A stretch of DNA of 62,497 nt, the filler included, from Asterionella formosa (taxonomy: Eukaryota), in NCBI GenBank assembly GCA_002256025.1. It is 18 parts of 18 records of this genome, joined end to end, with 100 filler letters (N's around TTAATTAATTAA, not from the genome) between each part and the next. Parts side by side here need not be neighbours in the genome. Positions count along the whole stretch, not along the records: positions 17,544 to 46,964 come from NKIB01001039.1; 17 more parts are not named here. One strand, 5' to 3'. The translations under genes and the position numbers were made by a program. Every line of letters starts with the position of its first letter. Position 1 is the first letter of the stretch. Under the pieces are notes generated by a model that saw only the letters and a list, made by a program, of their open reading frames with translations, had not been told where the DNA came from and did not search any database. Of this stretch, positions 21,322-33,773 are shown piece by piece.

Positions 21322-21846
21322 CTGACGAAATAGGTATTGTTATGATTTTATCTGCAATGAAGTATCATTTAGACAATGCTCAAGTGCAACACTATGGTTG
21401 TGCAGCACTTCAGAACTTGGCTATGAATGACAACAACAAGGTAATGATTGCTGAAACAGGAGGTATTCCTACGATTGTGTCTGTAATGAAGTATCATTCC
21501 TCCAATATTAATGTGCAACACTATGGTTATGCAGCACTTGGCACCTTGGCTGTGAATGACAACAACAAGAAGATGCATGATTGCTGTTGCAGGAGGTATT
21601 CCTATGATTGTGTTTGCAATGAATTGTCATTTAGGCAATGCTGATGTACAACACTATGGTTGTGCAGCACTTTGGTGCTTGGCTGAGAATGACATCAACA
21701 AGGTGGCAATTGCCAATGCCAGTGGAAATGGCACAATTGACTCGAAATCACTCATCTGATGCTGGTATTCAAGATAATGGTAATGGGCCACTTTGCATAT
21801 TGACCCAACATTGGAAATGGTCATTATGGTAATATTTAGGAGGATC
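21322..21846 (+). pseudogene. Tandem duplicate of the last ~3.5 ARM repeats, stop codon and 3' flank of the upstream gene
   Basis: Near-identical to 20789-21315, with a 4-bp insertion frameshift near 21575 and a different last repeat. Confidence 0.9.
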
Positions 21847-22867
21847 AATTAGTATTTATCATTGTAATTACAAAACTGTTATATTTTGATTATCAAATAC
21901 TGTACTTTTTGTTTCACTTCGACTTGGAATTTACATTTATGCCCTTCTTTATTGATTTTTTCCTGATTGATACATTTGCATTGCAGGAATGCTTATGTTC
22001 ATCAGTTTTCATTGGTTCATGATCGAATTGCGAAGCTGAATGTCTATGTGATAAGGACAGATTCCGTTCCTAATGAGCTCAACGTGTATGGCATGCTCAT
22101 TCAAATTGGAGCATCATCGTGGGTAGGGGCGAATGCACCACTGATACTTGTTGCCATGTTTCTTTATTCTTGCTGATTTGGTTGTTTTATTGAATGTGTA
22201 ATGAAACGCCTTTTTCTTTGTTGTGTTCATGTTTGTAAACTCTTGAGTACTAGAATTCTACATGCAAGCTCCAAATCATTGCTTTCTCTCCTGTCATGAC
22301 GCCATAACTTTTGTCCATCATATAGCAGAAAGTTTGTATTCACTACATTTTATGCTGCCGGTATATCAGTAAAGTAAGATAGTGATGATGAAAGGGCTTT
22401 TGTATATTATACGGAACAATTTTGCTTGTTACACGAATATTTATGAATAAATATATTGCAGAAGCAATGCATCTTTTAGGAAAACGTTTCATGACTGATG
22501 AGGACATTTTGATAAATTACGATCTATTTTACTTTTTATTCAGCACACACCGGTATCAGTACAACAGGCACATTTTTTGGAAATATACCGGTGGTACCTG
22601 GAAGGTCCGGTAGGGCACATTCTATGGCTGCGCACCTTTCAGTTTCGACGCACTCCCAAGAGATTATCTTATGCCTGCTGTACGCGATAGACTGGCATTT
22701 AATTTCAAGTTCTCTTTACGTAGCTAGGTTCCTGCATTTGAAACCCTAACTTGAGCTACGGTTAAAATAATAAAATTATGTCAGAGTAGTTTTAAAACTT
22801 AAATGTATATCGCTAAATGGAGCTTTCACCAATACACACCCTTTCCATATGCTTAGATACACTATTC

Positions 22868-23262
22868 TTCTAAACTTCATGAAGCAATGCGCCATCGTTG
22901 CCTACTTCAATTTTCGTTTTCAATATTAGTACAATTACATAGCGTCATTTTCATTTTCAATGGAGAAGTTTGTTATCTTCGACATGGTCAAGGCAGAGAT
23001 GGCATGATGCAGGAACTACACTATAGCATTTTATATACAGAATGAAATCGCAACATTTAGGCTAAATAATTACATACTAGCTTCTCTAAGGGCTACCTCG
23101 GGTACCAGGTACCCTCAAAATAATTATCCGATGTATGTAGCACAAGTATACATGTGATAAGTGATACTATGAACGATATTGCAAATACAGTAGTATAGAT
23201 AGCGGTACTCCTACCCCGCTAGATTGTTGTTTGCATCTGGAATGATAATGACTGTGACCATG
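22868..23262 (+). repeat. Host repeat (family H) interrupted by the Copia; resumes at 30081-~30100
   Basis: Collinear with 51285-51958, which lacks the Copia but carries a solo LTR. Confidence 0.85.
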
Positions 23263-23648
23263 AGTTGAAACAGACAAGTCAAATGAATCTTGTTTGTGTC
23301 TCTAAATTAGTCCAATCATGACTTTTTTGGGTCTATACATGAAGATGAGTCAATCTTTACTCATACATGAATCAATCTTTGAATCTTGTCATGAACATGA
23401 GTCGATTTACTCATATATGTCTTAGTTTTGTTTGTTTGGTTTGCAAAAAGTTAATTCTATAAGCTCCCTTTATTTGGAAATACCAATAGAGTCAGATCTA
23501 TCCTAGCTACAACATTCTCCTAAATTCACCATGATTCTTTGATCCACTGCCTAGCACCTACGTTGCTGAGTATATATATCGAGATATATATACTATTCTT
23601 CAATAAGTCGAACTCCTTTCAGGTTAATCTACGACTTCTCTTTCAAGT
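23263..23648 (+). repeat. 5' LTR (386 bp, AGTTGAAA...TTTCAAGT)
   Basis: Direct repeat of 29697-30080. Confidence 0.95.
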
Positions 23649-23660
23649 GGTTATGAGCCC
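23649..23660 (+). promoter_or_regulatory. Primer-binding site GGTTATGAGCCC (half-tRNA-iMet type, as in Ty5/copia)
   Basis: Abuts the 5' LTR and is complementary to the anticodon stem-loop of initiator tRNA-Met. Confidence 0.9.
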
Positions 23661-23799
23661 AAGACGCTTATATCTGCGCATTCTTCAGTTGGTTTCTCCT
23701 GCTCCTTTGTTCCCAGAGCCATTTTCTAAAACCAGTTCATTTTCTTGTCCCAGTGAAAGTGTCAAACTTCTTTCAGCAAACTTCTTTGCATATTCTTTC

Positions 23800-24008
23800 A
23801 TTGTTACCCAGTATTGCCCCTTGAGACAATTGCCTGGTCCTTTTTTCTTCTCTCTTTCTTCTTTCAGCAAGCTTCATTGCAATTTCTTTTATTGTTACCC
23901 AGCATTGCCCCTTGAGAAGACAATCGCCCGGTCCTTTTTTTAATCTCTCTTTCTTTTCTTTATTACCCAGTATTGCCCACTGAGACAATTGCCTGGCCTA
24001 TTTTTTTT
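23800..24008 (+). repeat. Three imperfect ~48-bp direct repeats with pyrimidine spacers in the Copia 5' leader
   Basis: TTACCCAGTATTGCCCCTTGAGACAATTGCCTGGTCCTTTTTT at ~23804, ~23895 and ~23963. Confidence 0.85.
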
Positions 24009-24075
24009 ACTTTTCTTCACTCTCTTCTTTTATCACTGCTTTCTTATCTTTCCCATACACTCCCACTTCCTTGCA

Positions 24076-27000
24076 ATGTCAGTATTCACTACTATTACTA
24101 CTATTCTACCTACCAAGTTTGGCCAAGTGACCACTGGTACTGCTGTCAAACGGTACTCTGGTGGTCAACTGAATGATGACTTTACTATCACCAAGAAACC
24201 AATGTGGTCTCCTTACCAGATCCGTTCAGATGATTCCAGGGACATCAAGACTGCATTTGAGTCACTCAAAAACGTGAAAAGGTATACAATGGCCCCAATG
24301 GTGACCCTATCAACAATCTCACTCTTGCTTAGCTCTGCACTCTTATTTACAAGCAATGATGCAGAGACTGGCAGTGTGGACACTTTCCTCTATGCCCCTG
24401 ACAGTTCTGGTAAAGTTTGGTGTATGACCAGACACCATAAACGAAATATGTTGATCATTTTATTGGTCTTGAGACATTCACACCAGACATTGACACTAAA
24501 ACTGGAAATCCCACACCTGATTCTCTCACCAAGTCACATCAGATCTTTGATGATCAGGCATTGGATGATTCTTCCCACCTCTGGCATCTGATTGTATCCT
24601 ACATTTCCCCAAACCTCTTAACAGGTCTCCTTGAACGTCTCGAAGATTATGGTAATCGTGGTCCAGGCCTCCTCCTCTGGATGGCCTTAATGGATGAAGT
24701 CACCTCTGGTTCACCTCAGGCAATGGATAGCATCTTGGAAAATTTAAAGAAGATCCAACTTTCTGATTACTCTGGCGAAAATGTCCGCCTCATGGTCCAT
24801 GATATTCAAGCTTCATTTAACCTACTAAAGAGTGGACAGTGTCTTCCTATCACTGCCTCCAGCATTGTTGCTACCCAGCTCCTACCCTGTCAAGTTGAGG
24901 AATTTCGTGCTGTCTTCTATACAATCTCTGTCAAGATTGATACTGAAGAGCGGGGTCTCATGGGTAAAGATAATGCTGTCCTTGTCAAATTCCAAGCTAC
25001 ACCAAGTGGTGTCAAGACACTTCTTGATATGGCCCTCACTCAGTACAAACGTCTCATTGACAATGAACGATGGCCACCTTCCCAAACTGTTCCCAAGAAG
25101 CAGTCAGATTCCCTACCAGATGCATTCCAGGCTACAGTTTTTCCTACTGCTTCTTTTCAAGCCCTGCCTTGCTGATGAACTTAAAGCCCTCTGCAAAGAT
25201 TTTGAGACCAAGCCTAGTGGGGCTGGCCAAGACCTCTCTTAAACTACTTGCTACAAGTGTGGCAAAATTGGTCATCTTCGTCCTAACTGTCCTGACAAGA
25301 CAACCACTTACCCTGAGAACTCTTGGCAAAATGTTCCTCCTACTGATGGAAAATTTTCTATGACCAAAGATGGTCGCCAGTGGCATTGGTGCAACAAATG
25401 CCGTGGTGGGGAAGGGTGTTGGTCTACTACTCATGGCACTGAGACTCACAAAGGGAGTCCCAAAACTGTTACCTTTACTGCTGTTGCCAACCTAGCTGGA
25501 GTTGCCGAAGAGTCTCCAGCAGAAGATGGTGTTTTGATGTACAATCCTGCTGGTTTTGTTGCTTCTTGCTATGACCATGATTTCGATTGGTCTTCAATTG
25601 AACCTCCTGACTTAACTCATCATCATCTTTCCCTTGAGAAAGATGAATTTTTTCAGTTTGGCTTTGGCATCCATTCCAATAGTGTTGTCAATCCAATGTC
25701 TCCATCTTACTTGAACTTACACTTTCACCACTCCTCTCTTGTTGCCTCCTCAGCCTCCTACTGCCCACTGTTTGTGCTCCCACTCTGAATCAATGACACA
25801 TTATGACTGCCCAAGTGTCTTCCTCATCAATGAAGGACCTTCCTTGGCATTCCTGGATTCCAATGACATCACTAGACGTTTTTCTGTCATCTGGGACACT
25901 GGTGCCACTCGTCCTGTCAGTGGGTTCACTGGTGACTTTATTGGCCCAATGATTATTCCCTCTACTCCTTTGTTACTTGGAGGCATCGCCTCTGGTCTGG
26001 TTGTTGAAGGAATTGGAACCGTCAAATGGTCTTTCTATTCTGATAATGGCACCCTCCTTACTCTTCATTTAAAGGCCTTTTATGTCCCTACCTGCAAACA
26101 ACGCTTGCTTTCTCCCCAGAAAATCTTTTGTCCTACTGAAAATGTCCGTTGTACTTTTGTGATCTCTTCAGCACATGCCCAAATCTTACTTGATGACTCC
26201 CCCATTCTCACTGTTCCCTATGACCCAATGAATGGGCTACCAACCAGCCAAGCTATCCTCCTACATCATGGCGCGTCTTCCCCTCAAGTTAACTTGTGTG
26301 TCACAGAGGAGGTAAACCAAAATCTCACAGAGGCTCAAAAGGAATATCTTCGTTGGCATTTTCGTCTTGGACATCTTAATTCTAATATTATTTAATGGCT
26401 TCTTCGTCAACCTTCTTTTGGCAACAGTCATAAGGTCCGTGCTGCTGCCCGTTGCACTCCACCCAAATGTGCAGCTTGTGAATATGGCAAGGCCCATCGT
26501 CGTCCTCTTGCATCTACCCTCTCTACACCATCACCTGAGAGGGAGGGAGCTACAAAATTTGATGATTTATTCCCAGGTTCAGGTGTCTCAGTGGATCATT
26601 TTGAATCAAAGGTGCCGGGTCGTTTATATACCTCAAAAGGTAAATCACAACTTGCCTCAACTTATAAAGGCGGTTGTATTTTTGTTGACCATGCATCTGG
26701 ACTACTTTATGTCCGTCATCAAATCAGCTTTACTTCAGAAGAGACCATTCATTCGAAAATGCATTTCGAAAATTGGGCATACAATCAAGGTGTCTTAGTT
26801 CAAAAATATACTACTGATAATGGCATTTTTGGCGCTCGCGAATTTAACAGTGAAATTTCTGCCAAAGGTCAAATTGTGAAATATTGTGGGGTTGGAGCTC
26901 ATCATCAAAATGGTACTGCTGAACGTAGCATTCGTACAGTCTCAAACATGGCTAGAGTAATGATGCTCCATGCCTCCCTACGATGGCCAGAAACTGCCGA

Positions 27001-29670
27001 TGCTTCCCTCTGGCCCATGGCTGTTGACTATGCTGTCCATGTATACAACCATGTGCCAAACCCTAAATCTGGTCAAACCCCCCTTGATATTTTCACAAGT
27101 ACCATTGTGCCTCGTCATGGAATAAAAGATTTTCATGTCTGGGGTTGCCCTTGTTATGTACTGGACCCCACTTAACAGAATGGTCATAAACTCCCTCGTT
27201 GGCAACCTAAATCTCGTCATGCGATCTTTATGGAAATCTCTCCTTCTCATAGTAGCAATGTCCCCCTATTACTGAACCTAAAAACAGGTAGCATATCACC
27301 TCAGTTTCACGTGGTTTTTGATGACTACTTTACCACTGTTATGTCCATCTCTGATTCTGATGATCCTCCAGGTCACCGGGAAAATTTATTTCATGAATCC
27401 CGGTTTCATACTGAATTTGATGAACACGAACAAGTTTCCTTACATGGTGATTGGTTAACTTCCAGTGAACAAAATGACTTTCAACATCACAAACAGATGC
27501 AAGCAAAAATCTTACCTCGTATGAATATACCTAAGGATGAATTGCCAACAAATAAGAGGGAGTTTCCTCTGGTTCCCCTGCCTACTGTGGTGGCTCCTTC
27601 AGCCCATAAAGAGCCTGCTGTTAGTACATCTACCTCTGGCTCTGCTGTGGTTGTTCAGAGCCCTCCCCCTACTACCTATATCCACCCAGTTGATGTTCAG
27701 GATATTCCTATGGCTGCTCATTCTACTGAACCAGCAGCAATTCCTGGCCATGATCTGCCCACTATTTCTACCTCAAATTTACAGGTACCTCCAACTCCAC
27801 CTGTTCACACAACTTCTATTAGCATGAAATCAACTGCAATTTCTACACCTCGCCGTAGTACCAGGACAAACTTCGGTGTGTTTGGTACTCGTTATGTCCC
27901 TGAAGGCCACCTTGCCCATGCTTTCTTCTCCCAATTGGTTGAAGAAAGTGACACCCATGGCTTTGACTCTGATTTGGCCTACCTGGCTGCTGTTATGACA
28001 GATCCAATAACAGGTCTCTTGGAGTGTTCTAACCCACTTGTCTATGCTGCAATGGCTCGTCGAAATGACCCAGATAATCCTAGATACCATGAAGCCATGG
28101 CTAGCATTGATCATGAATCTTTTAAAGCTGCGATGGTCACCGAGATTGTTGCTCTTACACCAAAGAAAACCTGGACTTTAGTGACACATCAATCAGTTCA
28201 GGGTAAAAATATCTTACCTGGCATTTGGGCTTTCAAATGTAAGTTGTTTCCAGATGGCAGCTTACGTAAATGCAAGGCTCGGTTTTGTGTACGTGGTGAT
28301 CTGCAAGTTGAAGGAGTGGACTTCTTTGAGACAGATGCTCCGGTTGTCCCATGGTCCACTGCTCGTGCTTGCTTTACTGGTGAGGTCCATTGTGTTAAAC
28401 CTTGCGACTCAGCAAATCGATTTCATTAATGCCTTCTGTCAAGCGGACATTGATGAAGAGGTATATGTTGAAATGCCCAAAGATTTTGGTGATCCCAGGG
28501 GGAGAGACATGGTACTACTTCGGTTAAATAAATCATTGTATGGAACAAAACAGGCACCTAGGACTTGGTTCCTAAAATTGAAGGAATGTCTCGAGCAACG
28601 GGGTTTCACACAGTCATTGTTAGACCCAAGCCTCTTTATTCAAGCTGACATGGTCTACCTGGTATATGTGGATGATTCGATTCTTATTGGGCGTGATAGA
28701 ACCAAGATTGATGCTATGATTGAAAATTCGGCTATTGACCTAGAATTGAATCGAAAGGGAGTTCTAGCTGCTTTTCTGGGCATCCAAATTAACAAATCAA
28801 CTGAAAACGGTTCACTTAAACTTACGCAAGAGGGTATGATTAAGCGTGTTCTGCAAGCTACTGGCCTCGAAGACTGTCGGGCTAGCTCTACTCCAGCCAA
28901 TAAGGAGACTCTAGGAACAGATAAGGATGGTCTGCCTACAAGTGAAGCATGGAACTACCGGTCTATGGTGGGGATGCTACTTTACTTGGCCTGTAATTCT
29001 CGTCTTGACATTGCTTTTGCTGTTCATCAGTGTGCTCGCTTTTCTCATTGTCCTCGTGCTACTCATGAAATAGCAGTAAAGAAAATTTGTCGGTATCCTA
29101 AAGGCAGTTTTGATCAAGGAATTATTATTACTCCTACTCGTCCTGATGCCTTTGACATTGAATGTTTTTGTGACAGTGACTTTGTTGGGCTCTTTGGTTC
29201 AGAAGAAAATACTGATCCAGTCTGTTCTTGCTCTCGAACTGGCTATGTCATAACCCTTGCTGGATGTCCCCTCCTCTGGGTGTCCAAATTACAAACTACC
29301 ACTGCACTATCTACAATGGAAGCAGAATATCAGGCTCTTTCTGCCAGTTGTCGGGACCTCAGTCCTCTCCGTCATATCATTCAAGATGCATCTACAGCCC
29401 TACACATGATTGGTAAAGGTTCAGCTGTTCGATCTTTTTCAAAGGTCTACGAAGATAATAGTGCATGCCTGTCCCAAGCTACTATGCCAAAGATGACTCC
29501 TCGTACTAAGCACATTGCTGTAGCTAGCTTATCATTGGTTTTGTGAATATGTCCTTTCCGGAGTTCTTTAAATTGTCGAGGTGGCTACTGCAGCTCACCT
29601 TGCTGATATCTTTACAAAAGGTCTTGTGGCTGACAAATTCACAGCTATACGCAAGCAGTTATGTGGTTGA
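24076..29670 (+). pseudogene. Copia gag-pol with several frameshifts and stops
   Basis: Gag: CYKCGKIGHLRPNC knuckle (~25248) and WHWCNKC...WSTTHGTETH. Protease: WDTGAT. Integrase: WHFRLGH/CAAC, SVDH, TDNG, QNGTAER. RT: KARFCVRGD, KSLYGTKQAPR, YVDD. RNase H: CDSDF, STMEAEY, YEDN, RTKHI, ADIFTK. Confidence 0.93.
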
Positions 29671-29687
29671 TGACTGTTTGCTCTGCT

Positions 29688-29696
29688 GAGGGGGAG
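29688..29696 (+). promoter_or_regulatory. Polypurine tract GAGGGGGAG
   Basis: Immediately precedes the 3' LTR. Confidence 0.9.
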
Positions 29697-30080
29697 AGTT
29701 GAAACAGACAAGTCAAATGAATCTTGTTTGTGTCTCTAAATTAGTCCAGTCATGACTTTTTTGGGTCCATACATGAAGATGAGTCAATCTTTACTCATAC
29801 ATGAATCAATCTTTGAATCTTGTCATAACATGAGTCGATTTACTCATATATGTCTTAGTTTTGTTTGTTTGGTTTGCAAAAAGTTAATTCTATAAGCTCC
29901 CTTTATTTGGAAAACCAATAGAGTCAGATCTATCATAGCTACAACATTCTCCTAAATTCACCATGATCCTTTGATCCACTGCCTAGCACCTACATTGCTG
30001 AGTATATATATCGAGATATATTTACTATTCTTCAATAAGTCGAACTCCTTTCAGGTTAATCTATGACTTCTCTTTCAAGT
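29697..30080 (+). repeat. 3' LTR (384 bp)
   Basis: Direct repeat of 23263-23648. Confidence 0.95.
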
Positions 30081-30989
30081 CCATGTATATAGATATGATG
30101 TCCAAAGCACCATTGCAAATTATCATTTGTCCACTGAACATGATTTCATGTTATTTCAACCAGAAGATGAGGATAGCGGATGGCAAAACCAGACTATGGA
30201 TATTGATGACTTTATTAGGTGGGCGTTCACGCTTTATCGTTTTGCGCAGTCAAAGTGCATTGACAGGGGAAGCCAAGGATACCAAGTCTGGCGTGATGTT
30301 CTTGCTCCAGTGTATTTTATAGGCAGGACAAGCCGTGGAGAACCATTTCTAATAGGAGACAAATCTGGTGTGACCAAGCCAAATTTCAACTCAGTCTTCG
30401 GGCACAGTGTGAATTGCAATCACGTTTTGTTGGTTCACTGATCAATGCCAGTACAGAAGCATTTTGCTTCTTGGTTCTGAACGGAAGATTTCGATTGCAA
30501 CAAAAATATTTGGTTTTCAATCCAGATACCCAAGAAATTTCAGAGAACGATATTCGTCATTCTACTGATTTTGTCGACATTGGTGGGAAACCACTTATCA
30601 AAAGAAGTGTGAGGGAAGAAAGTTCAGTTTCAAATGGTCTCACTGATCAATGGACTGATGATTTACTCGTTTTTTATAAGGAAATCTACACTGGACTTTC
30701 ACAAAAGAATCGATCTGAATATGGAAGGAATCCTAGTAGTGGAATTGCTACTTCCACCACAAATATCATCTACCCACACTCATACTTCTCATTTCCCAAT
30801 GTAAGTGAAGAGGATATGCATCAATAGGTTCAAGCACTTAAACCAAAGGTTCCTCAGAAGAATATTGACTACAGTGACCGCATTAATCAACAGGACATTG
30901 ACGACAACATTGATTTTGAATTGATCTAATAGAAATTCAATGCATATTTAGTTAAATAATAAAAATAGTTAGTAACAACACTTATCCCT

Positions 30990-31560
30990 TCCAGCTTCAC
31001 TCAATATTCAAGCAGATACCCTTACCCATCTTGCTTACAAAGCTCTCTGCCCCGTCACTCCGTACTACAATCTTTCCCCTTCAAATCACGCCACCATGCT
31101 CATTGCAGGTCGCCCAGTAACCTCCAACATGGAGTCAACCTCTCGAATTGCTTACTATCAACCTAGACATTTCTGCTACTTCAAAACAAAGCACGGCTGG
31201 TCTCACGAAACCTCCTCTTCCATTGATTGGACATCCTCCTCCCATGTCGCCAAACATCTCCCACATGGCCGCAAACTTGCAATCTTTAAACTTTTCAACG
31301 GCCAATGGCCCACAAACTCAATTCTCAACCACTGGGGGAAAACCGATTTGCCCCTCTGCCCCCGTTGTGAAGAATTCCCTGAATCTCATGATCATGTCTT
31401 GACTTGCTCTCATTCCCAAGCCTTTCACGCTGCGAAATAATCCATACTTTCAACCCACCTCAAAACAAAACTTAAAACACCAGACATAGTTTTCTTTGCC
31501 CTGGAATATGGAATCCGCTCCTGGGAGCATGGCAACTCTGACCTCTCAAATTGCCCGGGA
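30990..31560 (+). pseudogene. 3' fragment of a non-LTR retrotransposon ORF (Ambal/L1-like)
   Basis: C-rich coding strand with IDW and a CPRCEEFPESHDHVLTC (CCHC) zinc knuckle, typical of LINE C-termini. Confidence 0.7.
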
Positions 31561-32372
31561 TAAACGACGCCAAGGCACTATTCGACAATACCTTATTCAA
31601 TGCAATGCCCCCGCCGTCCTGCTCCCCACAAGTAGCTTTCTTTTACTCAAAACCGGGCGCTTCGCGCCCCAGTGCGACCCAAAGAACTCCACTATTGTCG
31701 AGGCTCCATAACGCGTACATAAAAATTTATTTAGCAACTAATTATAGTTCTTGGTAACACTTTTACAATTCAAACTATATCATAAATGTTAAGAAAACAT
31801 TGACGCTGCTCTATACTACTAGTAGTGCCGCCTGTACTATATGTAGCGGTATTCCTCCATTTTTACTACTATGGTGAAGTGATAATTTCACGACTCTGTA
31901 TTGTCCAGCACAGAATGTTCGGAGTGATGCCAAATCTATTATTATTATTATTATTTCATTTTCATTCTATTCTGTTCATATCCTGACTTTGTCATCATTT
32001 GATATTTGCAATGTCTTTGCGGACATTGCAATGGTGTTATCGGTGTAACTACAAATTTCGGAAGAACAAATCCCCATCTGAGTCTCACAATCGAAATTGT
32101 AGCAACCGTGTTTTTTATGCATATGGTCATTGTCGACATTGCATGCAAGAACATCGAGTTCCTGGAATACATAATGAAACTATGTATTGCCATACTAGTG
32201 CATCAAATCATTCAAGGAAAGAAGTTAAGGTCAGTGTAGCTGCAGCATTTAGGGAGAGTAGACAAGAGATCATGTATCCTATCCTTGAATCAAGTGGCCA
32301 TAATCATCCATTTCATGATGACAGCGATGATTCAGTTTAAATAACAATATTCAGTCACAACAAGACGAACAA

Positions 32373-33140
32373 TTGAGACTAAAAGCTCTCCAAGGATTGA
32401 ATGCAGAAACCATGCAATTTTCAGATTTTCAAGATCACACCGGCTTTCTCCCTGAAAATGCATTGAAAACTTTCCCACTTCCTCCTCAATTTCAACCTCT
32501 AAGTAAAAATTTGCTAAACATGCATCCAACCGAATTGGAACTCATGTTATTCCTTAACGAGAATTATCTTCCACCAGCAGTGTGCTTTGATCATCTAATG
32601 AAATGGCTGTTCAAGGCAAAAGCAATGAAATATTTTGATGGAAGGTATCAATCTTCATCCTACCAGACTTTGAATAAACGCATTGACGAAACAAATACAG
32701 ATTGATAACAATGCAAACATGTTCATCTCACGCACAATCCATTATTTCGAACCAATACACCTCATGGCAGCATTGCTACGCAATTACAATATCATGCAAC
32801 ATTTTGTATGTCACCCACAAGTGAAACTTACAACTTGTGGAGAACCAATAATGTATGACAAAGTAACTTCTGCAACTTGGTTTGAAAATGCGTTCAACAA
32901 TTCTCCTGCATCAGAAAATGGAGTGATGAAGACAGGTTGTTAATTTGTTGCCCTTGCAGTTTTCAGTGATGGTTCACCTATTGATAAACAAATGAAACAT
33001 TCCGAGCATCCGTTTTTGTTTACAATGTTAAACTTAACATTAGAAGGAAGGAAAAAAGTTGATGGATGGCAATTGGTATCTCTTTTGCCAGACATTGAAG
33101 TCATTGATCTGGGGAAACAAATGAATAATAAGTTATCTAG
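32373..33140 (+). pseudogene. Plavaka/CACTA-related transposase relic
   Basis: Broken frames give ELMLFL...FDHLMKW, YDKVTSATWF and LAVFSDGSPIDK...EHPFLFTMLNL..EGRKKVDGWQLVSLLP, matching the Plavaka-type pattern. Confidence 0.65.
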
Positions 33141-33339
33141 TTAGAGCTGGGGCAAGGGTTATTGTTAGGATTAGAGTTGTATATAGCCAGCATGGTAATT
33201 AGCAGCGCACTTTGTGCATTCTACACACCATGGCGCGCCATAAATTTAATACATTTATACATATTTGAATATAATACATGTAGAGATCAAAACATAACTA
33301 GAAGTATCATTATTGACGATGAACGCCCGTATTTTCTCA

Positions 33340-33565
33340 GGAGAACAAGTGGATGTTGACTGGCTTAAGGCTGGAGCCAAAAATCATTTCACCATCAAGG
33401 AACTTGGACCACCAATAAAGAAACAATTAGGAGTTTGGTATTGACTGGGGAGAGGATGTTGATGGAAGATTTCTTGAATCTACTATGGAGGATTTCGTTG
33501 AAGGAATGTTTGAAGATTATAAGATTCTCTTTGGACGATACCCCGCGATTGCACCTATGCCAATG
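33340..33565 (+). pseudogene. Decayed Copia RT fragment of the same lineage as 11698-13546
   Basis: DVDWLK...HFTIKELG...KKQLGVWY.WGEDVDGRFLESTMEDFV aligns by eye to DVEWFK...YFTIKELGQLKKHLGVWYKWGEDSTGRYLESSMESFV. Confidence 0.85.
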
Positions 33566-33773
33566 CCATTTAATTTGCAATGATGTCTTTGGCTCCATAT
33601 CACAAACAAATACTATTAGAAACCTGACGCACAGAACAAGCACATAGTATACAAAGGCAATTGCCATCACTGAAGGTAGATTCTTTGATTCCCTCGCAGA
33701 AAATCCAACTTTGAGCTCACTTGCTTTTATGCTTGTCACACTAATAGTCTATTAGCACATTCAGTAGCAGTAA

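Larger units (their letters stand above)
23263..30080 (+). mobile_element. Full-length Ty1/Copia (CoDi-like) LTR retrotransposon, 6818 bp, TSD CCATG, pseudogenised gag-pol
   Basis: LTRs at 23263-23648 and 29697-30080 differ by about 7 substitutions and 2 indels. CCATG at 23258-23262 and 30081-30085. PBS and PPT are present. Domain order is gag-PR-IN-RT-RH. Confidence 0.97.

Noticed and set aside
23261..23270. Canonical TG start for the Copia LTR at 23261 (TGAGTTGAAA)
   Set aside because: That TG belongs to the CCATG TSD. The 3' LTR has AG of the PPT at the equivalent position and the empty site retains CCATG.
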